The notes beneath the pieces are model-generated. The model did no database searches and was not told where the DNA came from. It saw only the letters and a list, made by a program, of their open reading frames with translations. Both the position numbers and the translations under genes were made by a program. A stretch of DNA of 63,083 nt, filler included, from Folioceros fuciformis (Eukaryota), in NCBI GenBank assembly GCA_049999805.1. It is 25 parts of 25 records of this genome, joined end to end, with 100 filler letters (N's around TTAATTAATTAA, not from the genome) between each part and the next. Parts side by side here need not be neighbours in the genome. Positions count along the whole stretch, not along the records: positions 12,607 to 14,559 come from JBNGIO010000674.1; positions 14,660 to 15,909 come from JBNGIO010000675.1; positions 16,010 to 17,906 come from JBNGIO010000676.1; positions 18,007 to 19,450 come from JBNGIO010000677.1; positions 19,551 to 21,105 come from JBNGIO010000678.1; positions 21,206 to 24,643 come from JBNGIO010000679.1; 19 more parts are not named here. One strand, 5' to 3'. Of this stretch, positions 13,037-24,743 are shown piece by piece. Every line of letters begins with the position of its first letter. Within the stretch, counting starts at the first letter, position 1.

Positions 13037-14250
13037 ATGGCTGCCCCAAACCGTGCATTAACTTTCACTTCTGAGATGAAAGAGAAGGATCGTTTTAGGG
13101 GTACAAGTTACCTGATATGGAGGGTCAGGATGAAGGCCACTCTATTAGCCCAAGGAGTTTGGCCAGTCCTTGACGGCACCTTTAAGAGACCGGACCCGGC
13201 TACCCATCCTTATGACCACTCTAGATGGGTCAATCATATTGGAGTGGCCATGGCACTACTCATCAATGGCCTAGATGCAGATCTTATGCCTGATGTCGAG
13301 TTTCTGGACACGACTGCAGACATCTAGAATCAATTAGAAGCCACTTATCATTCCACCAATATGATGTCACTATCAGCTGTGCGTATGGAATTTTATGCTT
13401 TGAAGATGAAGGAAGGAGATAAAGTAGCCACACATACCAGCAAGTTTCGCCATCTGCGAGCCCAGATCACGTCATTGACTGGACACAAGATGCCAGAAGT
13501 CGAAGCTATATCTTAGCTACTCATTAGTCTCCCTCCTTCATACCAGAGTTTAGTTACAGCCCAAAACGGCCCCATTAAGTCGGCTGCTGGAGCTACTATC
13601 GCTGCTGTCCCCACTGTTGAGGACATCATCGGCGCACCCTATGAGGAGGAACAAGCATGTGCTCTCTCTGGTTCTGCTCCAAAGAGCAAAGCCGAGAGAG
13701 TGTTAGCTGTCAACTCTCGCTTTCCTAAAAGCAAGGCAACATTCAAAGGTGGAAATAATCCATCGGGAGGTTCTGGTCAGCGAATGGATTATGCCAGATC
13801 TTCCACCAAAAGACCAGGATCGTGCAATTGGTGTGGCACCCTTGGCCACTGGGCAAGAGAATGCTGGAAAAAGAAGGCAGGTGAGCCACAGCGACAGCCT
13901 CGAGCAAACTCCGCTATCAAGGAGAAACACCCTGTGGAACCAAAGGCACCAGTTAAGATACTTACAGCCTGCCTATATAGTTCCACTGATGATCATAGCA
14001 GATGGTACCTTGATTCCGGTGCTACGACTCATATATGCAAAAACAGGGAGTTGTTTACTACCCTTAATCTTGGCCACGTACATGAAAAGGTGTTAATCGG
14101 AGACGAGCAAAACACCACTAGTTTGCACATATAGGGCAGAGGTACCTGCACCTTTAGGCTGCAAGACGGTACAGATCTAGGATTAGATGGTGTACTGTAC
14201 GTACCAAATATGGTCAAAAACCTCATGTCTATGAGTCAGTTTCGCATGAC
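13037..14250 (+). pseudogene. Copia gag-protease (KKKAGEP lineage)
   Basis: WRVRMKATL, CNWCGTLGHWAREC zinc knuckle, WYLDSGATTHIC; in-frame stops. Confidence 0.92.
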
Positions 14251-14659
14251 TGCAGATATCCCCACCAAGGCACTGGAGAAGATCAAGCACTATGAGCATG
14301 CGTCGGGGATGGGGTTGCGAGCTTGTGGCAAACCTCTACGGTGGAGTGCGTCATCCATTTCGAGATCCATCTCAGCTGAACACTGAAGACAGGAGTTGAA
14401 GACCGAAGACTGAAGACTGTCGAACTAGCTTTTAGGGCTGCGTCTACCCTTTTTCTCTCGAGACGAGCTTTTTCGCCTCGTCGAAGTTTCTTTAGAGTAG
14501 TTCAAAGTCTTCTGGTTAGGTCCACGTTTCCTTAACAATAGACATATACATATCTAAGANNNNNNNNNNNNNNNNNNNNNNNNNNNNNNNNNNNNNNNNN
14601 NNNTTAATTAATTAANNNNNNNNNNNNNNNNNNNNNNNNNNNNNNNNNNNNNNNNNNNN

Positions 14660-15909
14660 ATATCCTGAGGCACAAAAGTGAGGCTCTGGAGAGATTTAAG
14701 GATTATCTGCTCATGGTAGAATGTCGGCATGGACGATCCTTGAAATGCCTGCGATCCGACAATGGTGGGGAATATACCTCAAATGCTTTTCAGGATTATT
14801 GTCGTGGTCTCGGCATTCAACGCCAGCTCACCGTCCCATACACTGCCCAGCTTAATGGTGTCGCTGAAAAGAAAAATCAGCTGCTGCAGGAAACAGCAAG
14901 AGCACTTCTCAAATAGGCTCGTTTGTCACGCTCTTACTAGGGTGAAGCGATTAACATAGCTAACTACTTGTTGAATCGGCTGCCTACACGAGTGTTACCT
15001 GGCACAACACCATTCGAGGCTTGGTGGGGAAGGAATCCAGCTGTACAACATTTGCGTATTTTTGGTGCTCCGGCGTATGCATTTGTTCCGAAGCCCAAGA
15101 GGAAGACGAAACTGCAGAATAGAGCCAACAAATTAGTGTTTATAGGCTACATTGACGGCATCAAAGCCTACAAGCTGTACGACCCTGTGACGAGGACAGT
15201 GAGTCATGCCAGAAGTGTTGTCTTTGATGAACGAAGTGTGATGCAAACACCCTACTCGGTTGTACCTGAAACTGGCACCAGTGTTGGTGGGCTGATGAAT
15301 GACTATACAGAAACTGAGGAAGAGGATGCAGTTGCTCCATACCCTGCATTCAGTCAAGATGGAAGTGATGATGTTGTAGTCTCACACTTTGACCAGACTG
15401 GCGAGCATGCTGACGACACTGCTGAAATTAATGCAGAAGACGATGACCTTCCTCCTAAAGATGACGATGGTGAAGGTGAGGTACCTGAGCATGCTGATGT
15501 AGAGATGCTTGACTAGGATGCTCCAGATGTACATGGATCCGTTCCAGATGCATCAACACACATAGATATAGTTTGAGGGAAAGGAACAGGCCCTGGAAGG
15601 AACCTCCGCTGGAAATGAAGGACTGGTGCCCAAATAAGTCCAAGTCTAAGACAAGGAATGCAAAGAGTGGATAAGGAAGTGCACCAATTACCTCGATCGA
15701 TACCTCAGTGGGGGCACAGGCTATAGAGGAGTCTTTAAATGGTGCTGTAGATATGTCAGAAGATGCACAAGCCTCAAGTGCATTTGTTCAAGCCATGTTG
15801 GCAGCCTGCCACGTTGACATAAGCCTTTACAGGGTCAGATGCAAAGCGGTGGAAAAGGGCAATGGACGATGAGTATGCGTCCATAGTGAAGAATGGTACC
15901 TGGTCACTC
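14660..15909 (+). pseudogene. Copia integrase to RT start
   Basis: LRSDNGGEY, NGVAE, HLRIFG, GYIDGIKAYKLYDP, KNGTW; stops. Confidence 0.93.
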
Positions 15910-16009
15910 NNNNNNNNNNNNNNNNNNNNNNNNNNNNNNNNNNNNNNNNNNNNTTAATTAATTAANNNNNNNNNNNNNNNNNNNNNNNNNNNNNNNNNNN
16001 NNNNNNNNN

Positions 16010-16139
16010 AACCTACCCACGAGAGGAGGGGTAGGGAACCTACCCACGAGAGGAGGGGTAGGGAACCTACCCACGAGAGGAGGGGTAGGGAACCTACCTA
16101 CGAGAGGAGGGGTAGGCAACCTACCTACGAGAGGAGGGG
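16010..16139. repeat. 27-bp tandem array AACCTACCCACGAGAGGAGGGGTAGGG (~5 units, truncated by contig start)
   Basis: Units start at 16010, 16037, 16064, 16091, 16118; also present at 39991-40040. Confidence 0.95.
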
Positions 16140-16955
16140 AAGGAATGGTAGGGACCCTAGGGTACCTACGAAGGGAGCAATAGGTACCCTACCTACGGAG
16201 GGAACATTCCCACCTTGCGTAGGGAAGGAGCCTCAAGTTGAGGAACAAGGGGATCCCTCCCCTACCAAACCTGTAGGTGGTGGTGAAGGGATAGCTCAAG
16301 AGATCCACACAGAGGAAGGTATGGTGGAAGCTCGTGGATCCAAAAGAAGACGAATCCCAATAATGGAGGGGGGTCTAGTGGCTCAGCCTTCAAACTTTGC
16401 TTCCCTTCAGGAGCCCTCCTAGTCACACCTTTTTGAAAAGGGGGTCAACGAATCTTCTATGGCGGCACCGACAGTCCTAATCTTCATCGGCGCGCACTGC
16501 CCTAGCAATTATTGGTAGGACTTAGCCTCTTGGTAGGTGTGTGCAGTTAAAGTTGGTGGCGCCTAGTGTGAGAGAAGGGTAGCCCACGACCTACATGTAG
16601 GAGAGGGTTCATGTGTCGATCTCTCCTATAAGGAGGGGCTACACAAAGAAATGAACCACCACATTCTGCACTCTTCTCATGGCGAGTTCTTATGCTCAGC
16701 AGAGCGTAGGAATCTCGTTGCCGGCTGTGTGCCATCACAGCGCCTGGTTGTGGCTAGAGTTGCAGTGGTCGAAGTGCTTGGCGGAGGGCTCATATTCTTC
16801 GATGGGCACCCCTGCAAGTTGCTTCCCTTGTGAATGGTTGTTGTGCTGCTGTAGGTGTGTGGCAATACCTATGTGGCTGTTGGCTTGAGGGTAGACTCTA
16901 GGGAAAGACTTCCCGGGAGTTCTTGCTAACAAGCGCAAGCATGCAGCAACCGGCC
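16010..16955 (+). mobile_element. Internal part of the repeat/LTR family ending ..GCCCACA
   Basis: Colinear with 39991-40478 apart from a ~350-bp indel. Confidence 0.7.
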
Positions 16956-17906
16956 TGTGGAGGCCACATGAGGAACAGACCCTGGAAAATGGTAGGGTTT
17001 CTTTTTTTTGGAATCTCTTAGTGAATTTTGTAGAGAAACGGTTAGGAGATTAGCTTAGATTAGTAGTTAGATTAGTGGGTTAGTGAATAAGGTTTAGGAG
17101 GGTGTGTGGTAGATATGACACGGGCTCCGGTTTCTCAGGACAGGGTGACAAATGGACGAGGAACCCTAGAACGGGTCATGGGAGGTGAGTCGGGGTCCCC
17201 TATGGCTGGTGCTGGTGGAAGCGGAAGATGGAGGCAAAGGTGCCTGAGGCTGAGGCCCTGAGAGCACATGTCCATGCAGGGAGGGCTAAGGCTGCGGAGG
17301 CATCGGATCCGAAGGGCAGCTAGGTAGCCAAGGGAGCAGATGAGCGGTTATGTTCAGGAGGAAGGCCTGAGCGAATGGCTTGGAGGGTGGAGGCAGGCCG
17401 GTTGCGGAAGACCGGCAAGTGGCCCAGCCGACGACTAGGCATCTGGAAGGCAGCTGGCGGGACGGAGTCAGGGCAGGTGGCTGGGCTACTGTGGGAGTTG
17501 GCTAGACAGGGGCTGGCTAGTGGGGGTGTCGGCTGGAGGCCGAGTCGCCAAGGTGCTGCAGGTGGTCTAGCAGCATGGACAGTAGCAGGCCGGCCGGCTG
17601 AGGTGGATCCGAAGGCTTGGCAGGGCTACTGGGTCCTCGAAGGCGGGGGAGGTTCAAGCCAAGAATGCAGACAGGGCTGCCCAGCTGCTGAGGAACTTGG
17701 CCAGCAGATCGGGTAGGCCCAGCTGTAGGCAGGCAGCAAGCGGGCCGTGGTCTGGCTGCCTGGCCAGATCCGGAAGGGAAATGGCAGACCGCTAGTCGCA
17801 GCTGGCTGGCAGGCGGCTACCACCGGATCCAGGCGAGCGCGCGGGCAAGTTGGCTAGATCCAGTCCCGATCAACCGAGGGCCGGGCATTTGGGGATAGTC
17901 GTGGAT
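16956..17906 (+). mobile_element. 5' part of a TGTGGA-type gypsy LTR, nested insertion
   Basis: Start matches the reverse complement of the 9520 end of the solo LTR; the breakpoint is exactly where homology to contig 39991 stops. Confidence 0.78.
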
Positions 17907-18006
17907 NNNNNNNNNNNNNNNNNNNNNNNNNNNNNNNNNNNNNNNNNNNNTTAATTAATTAANNNNNNNNNNNNNNNNNNNNNNNNNNNNNNNNNNNNNN
18001 NNNNNN

Positions 18007-19450
18007 AACAATATATTATCCCGGGTGACTTTTCTTGTGCGGATGATGTTCTTAGTATTCCTTTGCAAGGATTCTCGAGGTTGTGGGTGCAGGAGTTCAG
18101 GTCAAGGGTTTATCGGTCACAAATTTTCGGGTTGGCTTGTCGAAAAGGTGTCATCTGTGGAACAAGTCAGAGGCTCGTTGGAAGGAGATAGAGGAGGTCA
18201 AAGCGGAGTTTGGCTTAGAGACCTGGCACATCAGACTCATTTTCTCGTGGATGCATGAGGGGTTAGAGGAAAAGGTGCAACAGTTCTTAAGGCAACAACC
18301 TACCATAGGAAGTGAAGGGTGGTATGCATACTCCATGGATAGTAGGGGGGTCGACTCGGAGGAGGAGGATGATCAGGTGGAAGCATTAGAACTAGATAGA
18401 GCGGTTTGGCTTGAGAGAACGAATGACAAAGGGATGTTGCAGTCGTTCAAGGTCTTGTCGCCTGATGGATTTTTGGAAGAACAGGGCAGGGATGACGGGG
18501 AAGCCCGAGGAGGGGAATTGCGGGCTATCATTGTCCTCGTTAAGTCTGTGCGGGTAGGGCGATGGTGCATCCCAGGCGAATGCCCAATTGGGCCACTACC
18601 CTCCGATAAAGCAAAGGTTCAGTGTTGGTTCCGACTGGGCGAGAATTGGACTATGACCTTCAGACCAGATCTCTACAAATGGCCTAGGCGTCCAGGGTGC
18701 AAGAAGGCTATCCCTCGATCTTTCTTCAACTTCCCTACGGCGAACTTGTTCCTTTGGTTAGTGCGAGCGCAGAAAATCAAGCAACGACAACCAATGGCTC
18801 CCCGATGGCAACTCGCTGGACGGCAACAAAGGGAAGCCATCAAACTTCTATGAAAGTCCGCAAGAATTCCCCCCAAGGTCAGGTCTACAGTTTGGTGTTT
18901 TTTTCAAGCGTGCTTGCCTAATGCGGATTGGTGGGATGGGCTTTTAGCTGCGACAGGGGAGGATGTGTGTCGACTGTGCACCGTTGGGGCCCCAAACAAG
19001 AGCCAACACATGTTCTATCATTGTAGCTTTGCCCAAGAGATCTAGAGGGAGGTTGGCAGGTGGCTCTGTTTGATTTTTCCTGGTGCTAACCTCAAGATCA
19101 CGTCACAATTAGCCTTATTTGGGCTGGACGCAACCTCGGGCAAACCTCTCCTTAAACACAATGGTGGGGCTTACTGTGGTCTTCTTGCCTTTTCCATCTT
19201 TGGGTCAACTGGTCTGCGGTGGTCTATGGAGGACAAGATTTAGCTTCATCGAAACATTTGATGTGGCGCATATTAGAGCATTTGTTGATTGCAGTAGAAG
19301 CTTGGGAGCAATCCCGTCGGAAGCAGTTTAAGCGGAAAGGCTGGAGGATGGCGGGATTCCTAGCGCCTAGGAAAAATACGCGGTGGAATCATTCGTGCCC
19401 CTGGGGACGATGAGTCTTAAAGTCCATGGGAGACCTTGAGGGTGAGTATA
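18007..19450 (+). pseudogene. L1-like LINE ORF2 C-terminal part with zf-RVT
   Basis: Trp-rich frame, IPPKVRSTVW, CRLC..HMFYHCSFAQEI motif. Confidence 0.78.
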
Positions 19451-19879
19451 NNNNNNNNNNNNNNNNNNNNNNNNNNNNNNNNNNNNNNNNNNNNTTAATT
19501 AATTAANNNNNNNNNNNNNNNNNNNNNNNNNNNNNNNNNNNNNNNNNNNNGGCGGCAGCTTGGCTGCATGGCGGTCTGGCTAGGCGCCCACCTACTGGCT
19601 GCCTACTGACTCTCGCTGCCTGCCATCCCAGCTGGATTCATCCCCTGCAGCCTACTACTTTGGTCCCAATCAGCCCACCCCACCGATTGGCCAGGATTCG
19701 CCCCCACCCTGCTGCTGCTTGGCCGCGGCCCAGCCACCCTGCCAAACCCAATCCAGGCCAGCCTGCAATACGATCCAGGCCAGCCCGCCATGGGTGCCGA
19801 CCTGGGCTGGGCTGCTGCTAGGCCCTCCAGCAGCTGCTGCCAACGGCCTGGGCAACCAGCCTCCACCAAACCGCCTGCC

Positions 19880-21105
19880 CAGAGTCTTCTACCTTCTGGT
19901 TCCCTCTCCTTAGTTTCAAAACTAGAGAGTGCTTCAAATGAGAGTGTAAAAGATGACATGCTAGCCCTATACCTTATGCTTTCCTTGCCTCCGTCATGGT
20001 CACACTTTGTGACCTCGTTAAATGCTTCAAAGCTCACAGCTATGAAATTAGCAAAGGCTTCAAATGTCACTCTCCCTGAGATGACATTCACAGAATTAGT
20101 GGGAGCTCTTCTTGAGGAAGAGGCCACAAGAGGACCTGTAAGGAGCAAACAACATGCCCTTTATACCACAAACCGAGGAAAGGGGGGGCAAACCTAATTT
20201 CCGAGGTTGACAGTATTCTTCAGGTGCTGGGACTCCTCAGAAGGGTGCCACACAAAAGAAACCCAAGAAGGCTGGAAAGTGCCACTGGTGCCAAATTCCA
20301 GGCCATTGGGAACATGAATGTCGTAAGAAGCAGGCCAGAATACCTCGCAAGGAGGGCAATTCCACTTCTGAGACACATGTTGTGGTAAAGCAGCAGTCCT
20401 CCCCGTCAGTCCTTACAGTAGGAACTAGGGAGTTCGCTGGCCCTCTTACTTATCCCACCTGTCTATCCACAAGGGCTGAGGTTAGATCATTCCAAGAATG
20501 GTATCTAGACACTGGTGCAACAGCGCACATATGTTTTGACAACAATGCCTTTGCAACCTATCAGCCAGTAACAAATCAGTTTGTTTACCTGGGTGATGAT
20601 AGATCCCTTGTGTCTCCTGGAAGAGGAACAGTAAACCTTAAAGTTCCTTTAGGCATTACTCTGTTGCTCACAAATGTATATTATGTGCCTGAGAGACAAG
20701 GAACCTTATATGTGTTAGAAAGCTAAACATGGATAACAATACACATATCCTGTTTACACCTACAGAATGCAAGATTATAGATGCCATTGATCCTCATAAG
20801 GTCTTGGCATATGGATCATCAGACAATGACCTTTTTCGTCTTCACACTAATGCTGCACAAGCTCACCTAGCTTCACAGGCTGTTGATGCTCCTGCAAAGC
20901 AAATAGAAAAGGTGAAGTTATGGCATGCCCGTTTAGGTCATCCACATAGTTCCAAGTTACAGCAATTGGCAACAAGTGACTTGTATCATGATGGCCAAAT
21001 TGGTTCCTTGCCACCCTTACCTCTTTGTGAAGCATGTGTGTTTTCTAAGCGCCATCAAGCTGCCTTCAAGAATAAGACTCCACATCGAGCTTCTGAAGTG
21101 CTTGA
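19880..21105 (+). pseudogene. Copia gag-protease-preintegrase (KKKAG lineage)
   Basis: LSLPPSW, WYLDTGATAHIC, LWHARLGH, CEAC. Confidence 0.9.
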
Positions 21106-21205
21106 NNNNNNNNNNNNNNNNNNNNNNNNNNNNNNNNNNNNNNNNNNNNTTAATTAATTAANNNNNNNNNNNNNNNNNNNNNNNNNNNNNNNNNNNNNNN
21201 NNNNN

Positions 21206-21476
21206 GCGCGTCCCGCACCTCCTCCAGGAACCGGAACGCGTCCGCCTTGTTCAGCGCCTCGTCCACTATCGCGCTAAAGATGAAGCCGTCCTCCATCAGG
21301 CAGCTGAACATCCGCCCGTTCACCGTGAGCGAGTACCGGCTATGGTTCGTCGTCACCTTCTCCAGCTGCTGCGCGCAGTCCTCCGCCAGGTCCGTCTCCC
21401 CGTCCACATACTCCGCCAGCACCACGCTCCCCCTCGCCACCCCCGCCAGGTATATCAAGTTCGGCAGCGGGCCCAT
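21206..21476 (-). CDS. PHYL: Phytolongin (non-SNARE longin protein), N-terminal part, truncated by contig end
   Basis: MGPLPNLIYLAGVARGSVVLAEY..LEK..HSRYSLTVNGRMFSCLMEDGFIFSAIVDE..FLEEVRD longin signature; intronless, GC3-rich. Confidence 0.82.
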
Positions 21477-22285
21477 CTTGGAAAGCAACGGACTCTCTCG
21501 CTCTCCCTCACAACGCGTGTTTCTTCCTCTCCTCCTTCTCCACCCCCTCTCCAAGAGCATCCGCGGAATCACAATCCCACCTCACCTCATGTCCTCACCA
21601 CACCGCTCTGCTCACCATGCCAAATGCAGTCCCGAGATGCAGCAAATGCAAGCAACCGCATATCGTCCGCTCCGCAAAAAAGCCCGGCGCCACACGGTCC
21701 AGCACTTGGGAAACCAGCGCAGTTCCAGGTCTCGCCCTTGGGAAACCAATATGGCCGTGGGAAGAAGGTCAAGTCATTCAGGGCGCATAGAGCTCTCTGG
21801 CAGGGCCCGGAGCAGCGCGTGCGATTCCCCTTGATCCCGCTCCAGCTGATCCGGCGATGGCGGCAGACCGAGGACGCCCGAGTCAGGGACATCGGGTTTC
21901 ACAGCGCCCGCCTTCCCCGCACGTTCTTCCCTACTTCACTTCCTCAGGTCGCAGCCGCGGCTTGTGCGCGCGGAAAGCCTGTAAGTATACGTCGGCTGCG
22001 GCATCCGTTTGGCCTGAGCCCTGAAGAGAGACAGGGTACTGGAGGAAACGGCAACGGGATGGGAAGCAGCGAGGATGTGGGACGGGAAAAGCCGGGTGGC
22101 TGCCACTCGGATTCACGCCAATTTCAATGCTCTTCCACATGGGCTAGAAACGGCTCTCTTCTGTACGCATGTGGTGTTTCTGGGATTCTTGACAATGCGT
22201 ACGTTTTTGGCTTTTCCTCACTCTAGTTTTGTGACAGAAAGACGACGTGCTTGACCTACCTCATCCTGAAGTCCAGAGGATTACA

Positions 22286-23666
22286 TTACGCAAATGAGGG
22301 GGACTGGGTTTTGCGGGTAACTTCTCTGAAGACCTCGTCCAGATTTGGGTGGTCGCCCACATATTCATCTTTCCTCGAGTAGACCACGTCCTGCCCCTTG
22401 AAAACGTAGAGGCCACCCTAGGTGTAGCAGAACAGACATCACTGTTCAGGGGAAGGCAGAAACATGGATGGTTGTGTGATTTTGTACATGTTGGGGAGAA
22501 GGTTTCCGCGGGCCGTACCTGCTGCAACACTCCAGACTGGTCATCTGGTGTTGACAGCTCGTACCCGCCCGTCAGCACGTTCTTAATCTCATCGAGCCTG
22601 CCAAACACATTGAGCTGCATGGACGGAAGAAGATCAGTATGTGGACATTCCATGTTGTAAGCATGCCAGATGCAATGTCAGTGAGTGTCTGTCTTGGGAT
22701 TCTCACCGCCCCCAGGTTGAGGAATGTGGACTGGACCCCGAAGTTCAGCTGGAGGGCGTCATATGCCTGCAATTCCACCGGGCTGGGTTGAAGTCTGAAT
22801 CCTAGGTTTTCTTCCATTGTGCCAGTTTTCCAGGACAAGAATTTCAGAGTACCTTTCTCTCGTCGTCACAGAAGAGGTTTATCAATTGGGAAGTTCAACT
22901 GCAGGGCCGCGAACAAGGGTTACACTCTACTTGCAGCAGAAGCGAGACAGCTGAGAGGACTAGGAAGTGAAGCCAGGGCCATGGTTTACCTTCTGAACCA
23001 GCAGACGTGCTTTGCCTGGCTTCCCAATCCCGATCGTGATGAGCTTGATACCCGAGGCATCAAATCTAGGTTTGTAATCTCGAAGCTTGCCAGCGAATTC
23101 CCAGCTGCAGCAGCAGCAACAGAGGAGAGAGGAGGTAGCCGACGATCACTGCACCGAAAGACCTAATGGGAAAAGGAGAGCCGTGGCCACCAGAAAGGAC
23201 ACCCAAAATGCCTCAGGAAAGCCACCATCGCCAGACCCTGCACGACACAGGCAGGATTCAACTCCGGTTCAGCTGCGCAAACAGGCAGATGCACGGTTTG
23301 GCAGAATCAAGAGGAAGGCGGAAGCAATCCTACATCTTTCTGGTCCCACAATTCCTGGAATTGCACCGGCTCCCCGTCAGCCGCCTCGTAAATTGTGACG
23401 GGACCCAGAGTGCTGGCCGGTCCACGGGAGCCAGATGACGCCTGTGCTCGAACGGCAGGAGCAGACCGCGCTCTTGCGCTAAAGGTGGAATTTGTGGTGG
23501 GCGCCGACGATGACCACGATTCTCTGAAATGGCGAGGGCTTGTGAACGCGAATGCTCGGGAAGAAAGAGCAAGAAGAGGAGCAGGGATTTCACGCTTGCC
23601 GGCCGGATGTGCAGCACCTCTACCCAGCGATCCTAACCCGCTACTTGCGCTGAGTAATGCCTCCAT
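22286..23666 (-). CDS. AhpC/TSA-like peroxiredoxin-like (AAED1/PRXL2-type) protein with transit peptide; 7 exons; 1-bp frameshift in exon 4
   Basis: GT-AG exons 23666-23334, 23237-23191, 23104-22990, 22898-22853, 22766-22707, 22614-22519, 22417-22286; LWDQKD, LRHFGCPFCWE, VLQQGGLYVFKG, GDHP motifs. Confidence 0.9.
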
Positions 23667-24743
23667 TGCAGACTGCAGACCTGGGAATGTTAAGGTGTCA
23701 GGTGAACAATGTTCAACTCCTACGGGTGTGATCCCTGTATATAGCAGCTGCAGAGTACGTATGGGCAGCACAGGTGACTTGTCCCTCTTTTATCGTGATG
23801 CAGGGGCAGTGGCCACGGCAGTACTGTGACAATAGATGCTTGGTGAAAAATGCAGCCACGTAGCCGGCTGGCTGCTCACCACCAAGCTAAACACCTGTGC
23901 ACAACTGACAGACGGACTTCCCCTTCATGCGCCGTCTTCAGGATTTTGAGCTACTGAAGTCACGGGGGCCACTTTCAAAGGCACGCGATCATTCCCACAG
24001 GTTCCTCCCAGTCCGACCTTTCCTCAATTGAAGTCGACAGCTATGGCCTCATCAGAATTGTTGGAAAGCATTCCGATTGCTAATTCCTGGATAGCTAACC
24101 ATTCAGTACGCTTTGCCTTTTGAGCCGCTTTCTCTGAGCTTTGGGACATCTCCAACCATCTTCACTGCGTAGCACTTGTTGCACGTGATCTTCCTCTAAC
24201 TGCAGAGTCGCAGGACGCTTTTGCACTTTGCACACTCATATCCCAAAAGTCGAACTTAAGCGAAGGGTTACGAGTACGCTCGCAGCGTTTCACCTCTGTA
24301 CGATCACGTTTCAATACAAATCTAATCCTCATAATTACATGGTACGAGAGCAGGATCCCTTCCCTCGGGTCATTGATCTCATCCATACCAGCTACACCAT
24401 AATGCCCCGCCAATTGCGACCTAGCGCCTGGTGATCAGAGGCTAAGGCGCCTTGCAAAGAAGGCAGAAAACAAAAGCCAAATACCTTCAATGGCAAAGGT
24501 CCAACAGAGAGATTCAATAGGACTAGGAAGACGCCAATCAACAAGCACACAACGTGATCATCCAGGCTATGCGTCATGGGAATGTCCAACAGATCAAAAA
24601 CACAGACACTAGACACTGCAGCAGCTGCCTGGCAGCAATTGCANNNNNNNNNNNNNNNNNNNNNNNNNNNNNNNNNNNNNNNNNNNNTTAATTAATTAAN
24701 NNNNNNNNNNNNNNNNNNNNNNNNNNNNNNNNNNNNNNNNNNN

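Noticed and set aside
16010-16139. CRISPR-like array
   Set aside because: Head-to-tail units with no unique spacers, in a eukaryotic LTR context
21342-22226. 294-aa + strand ORF and overlapping ORFs
   Set aside because: Antisense shadow of the GC-rich phytolongin gene and its upstream region; no motif
23990-24450. Possible exons of another minus-strand gene upstream of the peroxiredoxin-like gene
   Set aside because: Frames are short and inconsistent, and no family is recognisable
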